64,000 nt of DNA, from the NCBI GenBank assembly GCA_963422395.1, contig OY729431.1, positions 1,152,001 to 1,216,000 on the forward strand. The letters are read 5' to 3'. The notes below the pieces were generated by a model. It did not search any database. It was not told the origin of the DNA and saw only the letters and a list, made by a program, of their open reading frames with translations. Positions 59,924 through 64,000 of this stretch are shown here, piece by piece. Each line of letters begins with the position of its first letter. The stretch's first letter is position 1. Origin of the DNA: Vicinamibacteria bacterium. GTDB lineage: Bacteria; Acidobacteriota; Vicinamibacteria; Marinacidobacterales; Marinacidobacteraceae. A program made the position numbers and the translations under genes.

Positions 59924-60661
59924 TTGCCGAAGAAGGAACGCTGTCCCGACTGCGCCGGTACCCGCTGGAAGCCGGCGGTCGGCCCGAACGGATCGAGCGG
60001 AGTCGAGCCCTGCCATTGCCGGCCATCGGCTCCGGTTCCAGCGAGCCTTGCCGAAGTCGGAGTGCCGCTGCGCTTTCGCGACAATGCCCGCTTCGAATAT
60101 TTCGACGAGAAGATCTCCGAGGATCTTCGGCGCGCCAAGCAGACGGTGCGGAAGTGGGCTGACGCCTATCCCGATGTGGAGACGGGGCTCGTGCTCACCG
60201 GTCCTGCCGGAGTCGGCAAGACGCATCTCGCGGTTGCAGTGCTCCGCCGCATCCTCCTGGAGCGAAAGATCTCTGCCCGCGTGGGCTTTTTGTATCTCCC
60301 GCAGTTTCTCCGAGACGGGCAAGGGAGCCGGCGGGAGGTCTTGGAGGCGGAAAGACGCTGCATCGAATGGGCCGCCAGGGCCGAGATCCTGGTGTTCGAC
60401 CAGCTCGGCGCCGATATGGCGAGCCGCTTCGGCCAGGAACGAGAAGAAAAGCTCCTCTATCTCCTGACCCGGTGCTTCAACAACGGAGTTCTGCTCCTCT
60501 GCACTACCGTCTATCCGTTCGAAGCCTCGGCCTATCAGCCGGCGCTCTCCGAGCGGATCACCCACCGCGCGGTTTCGCTGCTGCGGGAGGCATGTCGGAC
60601 GGTGCCCATCGTCGGCCAGGACTACCGCGATACTGTCTTGCGCCATGGGCTGGGCGTCTGA
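59924..60661 (+). CDS. DnaC/IstB-like ATP-binding protein with N-terminal Zn-binding motif
   Basis: CPDC...CHC, Walker A GPAGVGKTHLA, Walker B-like ILVFDQLG, C-terminal GQDYR. TTG start inferred. Confidence 0.82.
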   Translation: MPKKERCPDCAGTRWKPAVGPNGSSGVEPCHCRPSAPVPASLAEVGVPLRFRDNARFEYFDEKISEDLRRAKQTVRKWADAYPDVETGLVLTGPAGVGKTHLAVAVLRRILLERKISARVGFLYLPQFLRDGQGSRREVLEAERRCIEWAARAEILVFDQLGADMASRFGQEREEKLLYLLTRCFNNGVLLLCTTVYPFEASAYQPALSERITHRAVSLLREACRTVPIVGQDYRDTVLRHGLGV

Positions 60662-60703
60662 ACGCCCGGCGGACCGCTTCGCATCCCCAAAGGAGATCCG
60701 GCA

Positions 60704-61525
60704 ATGCGCCTTCTTTTCCCTTCCTTCGCTCTCGTCAGCGTGCTGCCGCTCGCCGCGGCCGCCCAGGGCCCGGCGCCCGACAAGCCGCGGCCGATCCCCA
60801 TCCGGGACAGCGTCTTCATCGAGGACCTCACCTGGATGGAAGTCCGCGACCTGATCGCCGCCGGGAAAACCACCGCCATCGTGGCCAGCGGCGGCGTGGA
60901 ACAGAACGGACCATACCTGGTCACCGGCAAGCACAATGTCCTGTTGCGCGGCGTCACCGAAGCGATCGCCCGCGACCTGGGCGACGCGCTCGTGGCACCC
61001 ATCCTGAAGCTGGTGCCGGAGGGGGACTTCGATCCCCCGAGCGGGCACATGCGCTATCCCGGAACCGTGGGGCTCAGCGAAGAGACCTTCCGAGCCGTGG
61101 TGCGGGATGTCTGCCGCAGCCTCCGCGCCAGCGGCTTCGCCGACATCGTCCTGATCGGCGACAGCGGCGGCAATCAGGCCGGGATGAAGGCGGTCGCCGA
61201 GGAACTGAATGCCGCGTGGGCCGGCGCTCCCGGCGTCCACTACATCCCGGAGTACTACGACTACTCCGGACTCCAGACCTGGCTCGCCGACCGCGGGATC
61301 GAGCAGACCCCCGAGGGGATCCACGACGACTACGCCATCACGGCGATGATGGCGGCGGTGGACCAGAACTCGATCCGCGCCTCGGAACGCCGCCAAGCCG
61401 ACCTCTTCTCGATCAACGGGGTCGAGGTGGACCCCCTCGACGAGACCAGGTCCTGGGGGCGCCAGCTCTTCCGCTACCGTGCCGAAGTCACGGTTCGGGC
61501 CATTCGCGACGCGATCGGTCGGTGA
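60704..61525 (+). CDS. Creatininase-family protein with signal peptide
   Basis: IEDLTWMEV, GGVEQNGPY, PGTV, GDSGGNQ. AAGGAG RBS. Confidence 0.85.
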   Translation: MRLLFPSFALVSVLPLAAAAQGPAPDKPRPIPIRDSVFIEDLTWMEVRDLIAAGKTTAIVASGGVEQNGPYLVTGKHNVLLRGVTEAIARDLGDALVAPILKLVPEGDFDPPSGHMRYPGTVGLSEETFRAVVRDVCRSLRASGFADIVLIGDSGGNQAGMKAVAEELNAAWAGAPGVHYIPEYYDYSGLQTWLADRGIEQTPEGIHDDYAITAMMAAVDQNSIRASERRQADLFSINGVEVDPLDETRSWGRQLFRYRAEVTVRAIRDAIGR

Positions 61526-61603
61526 GCGCTCCGGGCGCGCGGCGCCCGAGGCCCTCTGTCTGACGCACCGCTCCCCCTCCGGGGGGAGCGCGCTTCCCTT
61601 TTC

Positions 61604-62341
61604 TCAGCGACTCTTCCCGGAGCGGTCGAGGATCGCCGCGCGGCGCACCTGCGACTCTTCGGAACACCAGGAGTCGAGGAACCGCTCGCGGTTTTCGGCG
61701 CGGCTCTCGGCGGCGCGGGCCGCGAACTCCCTCCGGAGTTCTCGTTTCGTGTGGACATACGCCTCGCGCGGCAGCGCGCCGAGCTCTTCCGCCCGCTCTG
61801 CGGCACGGACGAGGAGCCCATCTGCCGGCGCGAGTTCATGGAGGAAACCGCTCCTCACCGCTTCCCCGGGGCCCGTCAGCCTCCCTCGGAGGAGCACTTC
61901 CGCAGTGCGGGACGGCGCGATGGCGCAGCGGAGGATTTCGAAGGCGGCCGCCGGGAAGATGACCCCCAGCTGGACCTCGGACACGCCGATCCGGTAGTCC
62001 CCTTCGGCGCCGATTCGGACATCGCTCGCGGCGGCGAGGATCGCCCCCCCGGCTACGGCGTGCCCGTTCACTGCAGCTACGGTCGGGCAGGGGAACCGGA
62101 AGAGCCGGAGCAGCAGATCCTCGAAGGCGTCCACGAACTCTCCGAGCTCTGTCCGGTCGGTGGGCAGTCCGGCGAGATCGAGGCCGGCGGAAAAGAAGCC
62201 ACCCGCCCCGGTCAGGACCAGCGGCCGACCGGCTGCTTCCGCCTCATCGAGGCTTTCGGCGAGCCGGGAAAGGAGGAGGGGGCCGATGGCGTTCGCGCGG
62301 CCGTGGCGAAGCGCCGCCACCACCGCCCGGTGCCGGGGCAT
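61604..62341 (-). CDS. Enoyl-CoA hydratase/isomerase-family protein
   Basis: FFSAGLDL, AAVNGHAVAGG, SEVQLG. Confidence 0.92.
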   Translation of the reverse strand: MPRHRAVVAALRHGRANAIGPLLLSRLAESLDEAEAAGRPLVLTGAGGFFSAGLDLAGLPTDRTELGEFVDAFEDLLLRLFRFPCPTVAAVNGHAVAGGAILAAASDVRIGAEGDYRIGVSEVQLGVIFPAAAFEILRCAIAPSRTAEVLLRGRLTGPGEAVRSGFLHELAPADGLLVRAAERAEELGALPREAYVHTKRELRREFAARAAESRAENRERFLDSWCSEESQVRRAAILDRSGKSR

Positions 62342-62399
62342 CGCGCGCTATTCGGACGGCTGTTTTCGACGGCTACTCGAGAATCTATCCGTCGAGAAC

Positions 62400-63077
62400 C
62401 TACTCGAGGGCATCGAGTGCTTCCATCAGGGGGCCGTAGTCCTCCCGGATCTGATAGTCGTAGTTGACATAGCGCAGGATTCCCTGCCGGTCGATCACGA
62501 AGGTGGCCCGGGAGGCGTAACGCGCCCCATTGATCTCGATGGGTTCGACGCCGTAAGCGTCCACCACCTGCGCCAGCCGGTCGGAGAGGAGAACCAGACC
62601 TGGAAGCTCGTCCCCTTCGGCAGCCGGTTCGTCGGCGCCGCCGCCGTCTTTCGAAAAACTCTCGAGCCAGTTCCACTGGGAGAAGGGGGAATCCACGCTG
62701 ATTCCGAAGACCTGGGTGTCCGCATCCAGAAACTTCCGGATGTCGTCCTGGTAGGACGAAAACTGCCGCGTTCAACCACCGGTCCAGTCGGCGACATAGA
62801 AGGCGAGAACGATGTTCTTGTTGCCGAGTACTTCTTCGAGTGCGATCGCCCGGGCGCCCGGACGCTCGCCGGCGGTCGAGGGCAGCGGGGCGGGAAAGGC
62901 CGGCGCCCGGTCTCCCACCTGCAGCGGGCCGTCCTGAGCCGCAGCTTTCGGCGTCATCGCTTCAGGCGCTTCCCCGGCAGCGGCGCCGCCTTCGGCAATG
63001 CCGGCGCTGAGGAGCGCCGCAGCCAGCGCCGACGCGGCGAGCCGCGCATCTCGCGGCTGGCGAGTGATTTCTTGCAT
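62400..63077 (-). CDS. AhpC/TSA peroxiredoxin-like protein, probable selenoprotein (in-frame TGA at 62772-62774)
   Basis: LQVGDRAPAF...VLAFYVADWTGG-TGA-TRQFSSY...VFGISVDS...LLSD...SRATFVID in one frame. GGGGAGG RBS before the ATG at 63077. Confidence 0.88.
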
Positions 63078-63237
63078 GGACGACCTCCCCGAACGAAAGC
63101 ACGGCAGCGGATCATGCCGCCTCGCCGCCCGCCCCGCAAGGGCTCTTCCGGGATGGAGGCCCGCCACCGTGGTGCTATTCTGAACTTTCGCTCCGACTAC
63201 GCTCCCGGCTCTCTTCCCGAAAGGCTTCGACCGATCT

Positions 63238-63714
63238 GTGACCCTGACCTTCCGCACCCGCATCGAGACCGAAGTGCGCGATCTCGAAGAGGAACTGCAC
63301 CTCCGGCTTCCCGAGCAGATCAAGGAAGCTCGGGAACACGGCGATCTGTCGGAAAACGCCGAATACGAGGCGGCCAAGGAGCGGCAGAACTATGTGGCGA
63401 TCCGGCTCGCCCAGCTCAAGAAACGGCTCGCCGATCTCTCCATGCTGAGTGTCGAGAACATCCCGGTGGACCGCATCTCGCTCGGCAGCGAGGTGCGGGT
63501 CTTGGACTTGGGCACGGATGAAGAGCACCGGTACGAGCTCGTGGTGAGCGAGGAGGCCGACGCGAGCAAAGGCCGAGTGTCTCTCGGTTCGCCGATCGGC
63601 CGAGCCCTCATGGGCTCGCGGGTCGGAGATGAAGTCAGCGTCCACACGCCGGCCGGCGAGCGGGAACTCGAGGTCGTCGCACTGCGCACGATCCACGATC
63701 GGGAGCAGCGTTGA
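63238..63714 (+). CDS. greA: Transcription elongation factor GreA
   Basis: AREHGDLSENAEYEAAKE, SLGSPIGRAL. Confidence 0.95.
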   Translation: MTLTFRTRIETEVRDLEEELHLRLPEQIKEAREHGDLSENAEYEAAKERQNYVAIRLAQLKKRLADLSMLSVENIPVDRISLGSEVRVLDLGTDEEHRYELVVSEEADASKGRVSLGSPIGRALMGSRVGDEVSVHTPAGERELEVVALRTIHDREQR

Positions 63715-64000
63715 GAGTGCGCGGCCCCGTCGGCCCGTCGTGCCGCCGCCCGCCCGGACACCGCTGCGGCTCGCCGGCCCGGCTCGTGCCGCGGCTCGCG
63801 GCCGCGCTCTTCGGCGTTCTGGTCGCCGGCCCGGCGGCCGCTTCCGAAGTGCGCCAGGTGGATGTGGTGGACATCATCCATTCGATCTCCGCCGAACGGG
63901 TGGCCAGCACCATCGTGGCCGCCGAAGAGGCCGGAGCAGCGCTCGTCCTCGTGCGTCTCGACACCCCGGGCGGCCTCGACACCTCCATGCGCGAGATCAT
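63711..64000 (+). CDS. NfeD-family membrane-bound ClpP-class protease, 5' part
   Basis: Not in the ORF track. Manual translation gives a signal peptide, then VDIIHSISAE...LVLVRLDTPGGLDTSMREI. Runs off the window. Start may be the GTG at 63786. Confidence 0.85.
   Translation, partial: MRVRGPVGPSCRRPPGHRCGSPARLVPRLAAALFGVLVAGPAAASEVRQVDVVDIIHSISAERVASTIVAAEEAGAALVLVRLDTPGGLDTSMREI

Noticed and set aside
59924-60661. IS21 element or prophage replication module
   Set aside because: No IstA, terminal repeats or phage genes adjacent.

Overview
High-GC (roughly 70% by eye) bacterial chromosome segment, mostly housekeeping genes. Gene content and order resemble Acidobacteriota (inference, no search run). 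From 5' to 3': partial ribF, DUF1844, mazG, a decayed island (truncated hsdM, 5'-deleted spoIID-like gene, lower-GC orphan), miaA-recG, rsmD-coaD-aminotransferase, icd-mdh-sucCD-ndk-dcd-dut-like, tonB-like, gamma-CA-aspS, phoH-7TM/HD-ybeY-CBS-era, rpsP-rimM-trmD-rplS, a TPR/NHL-PEGA/PDZ-FHA-ldcA-mpl cluster, Tat amidase, secretin-lolA-tRNA-Ala(CGC), an aromatic biosynthesis operon, a decayed tyrA, SLH lipoprotein, TlpA-like protein, dnaK-dnaJ-hspR-DnaC-like, creatininase-like, enoyl-CoA hydratase, a peroxiredoxin, greA and partial nfeD. Main observations: (1) a peroxiredoxin split in the ORF track by an in-frame TGA at the peroxidatic position, a probable selenoprotein; (2) translationally coupled aroB-aroA-[aroK-aroD-aroE fusion] in the domain order of eukaryotic AROM; (3) two families of dispersed, structured intergenic repeats, one without terminal inverted repeats and with its 3' end next to candidate promoters in three cases, one MITE-like and sitting on stop codons; (4) a 6S-like structured leader between aspS and phoH; (5) several frameshifts that may be gene decay or long-read indel errors.
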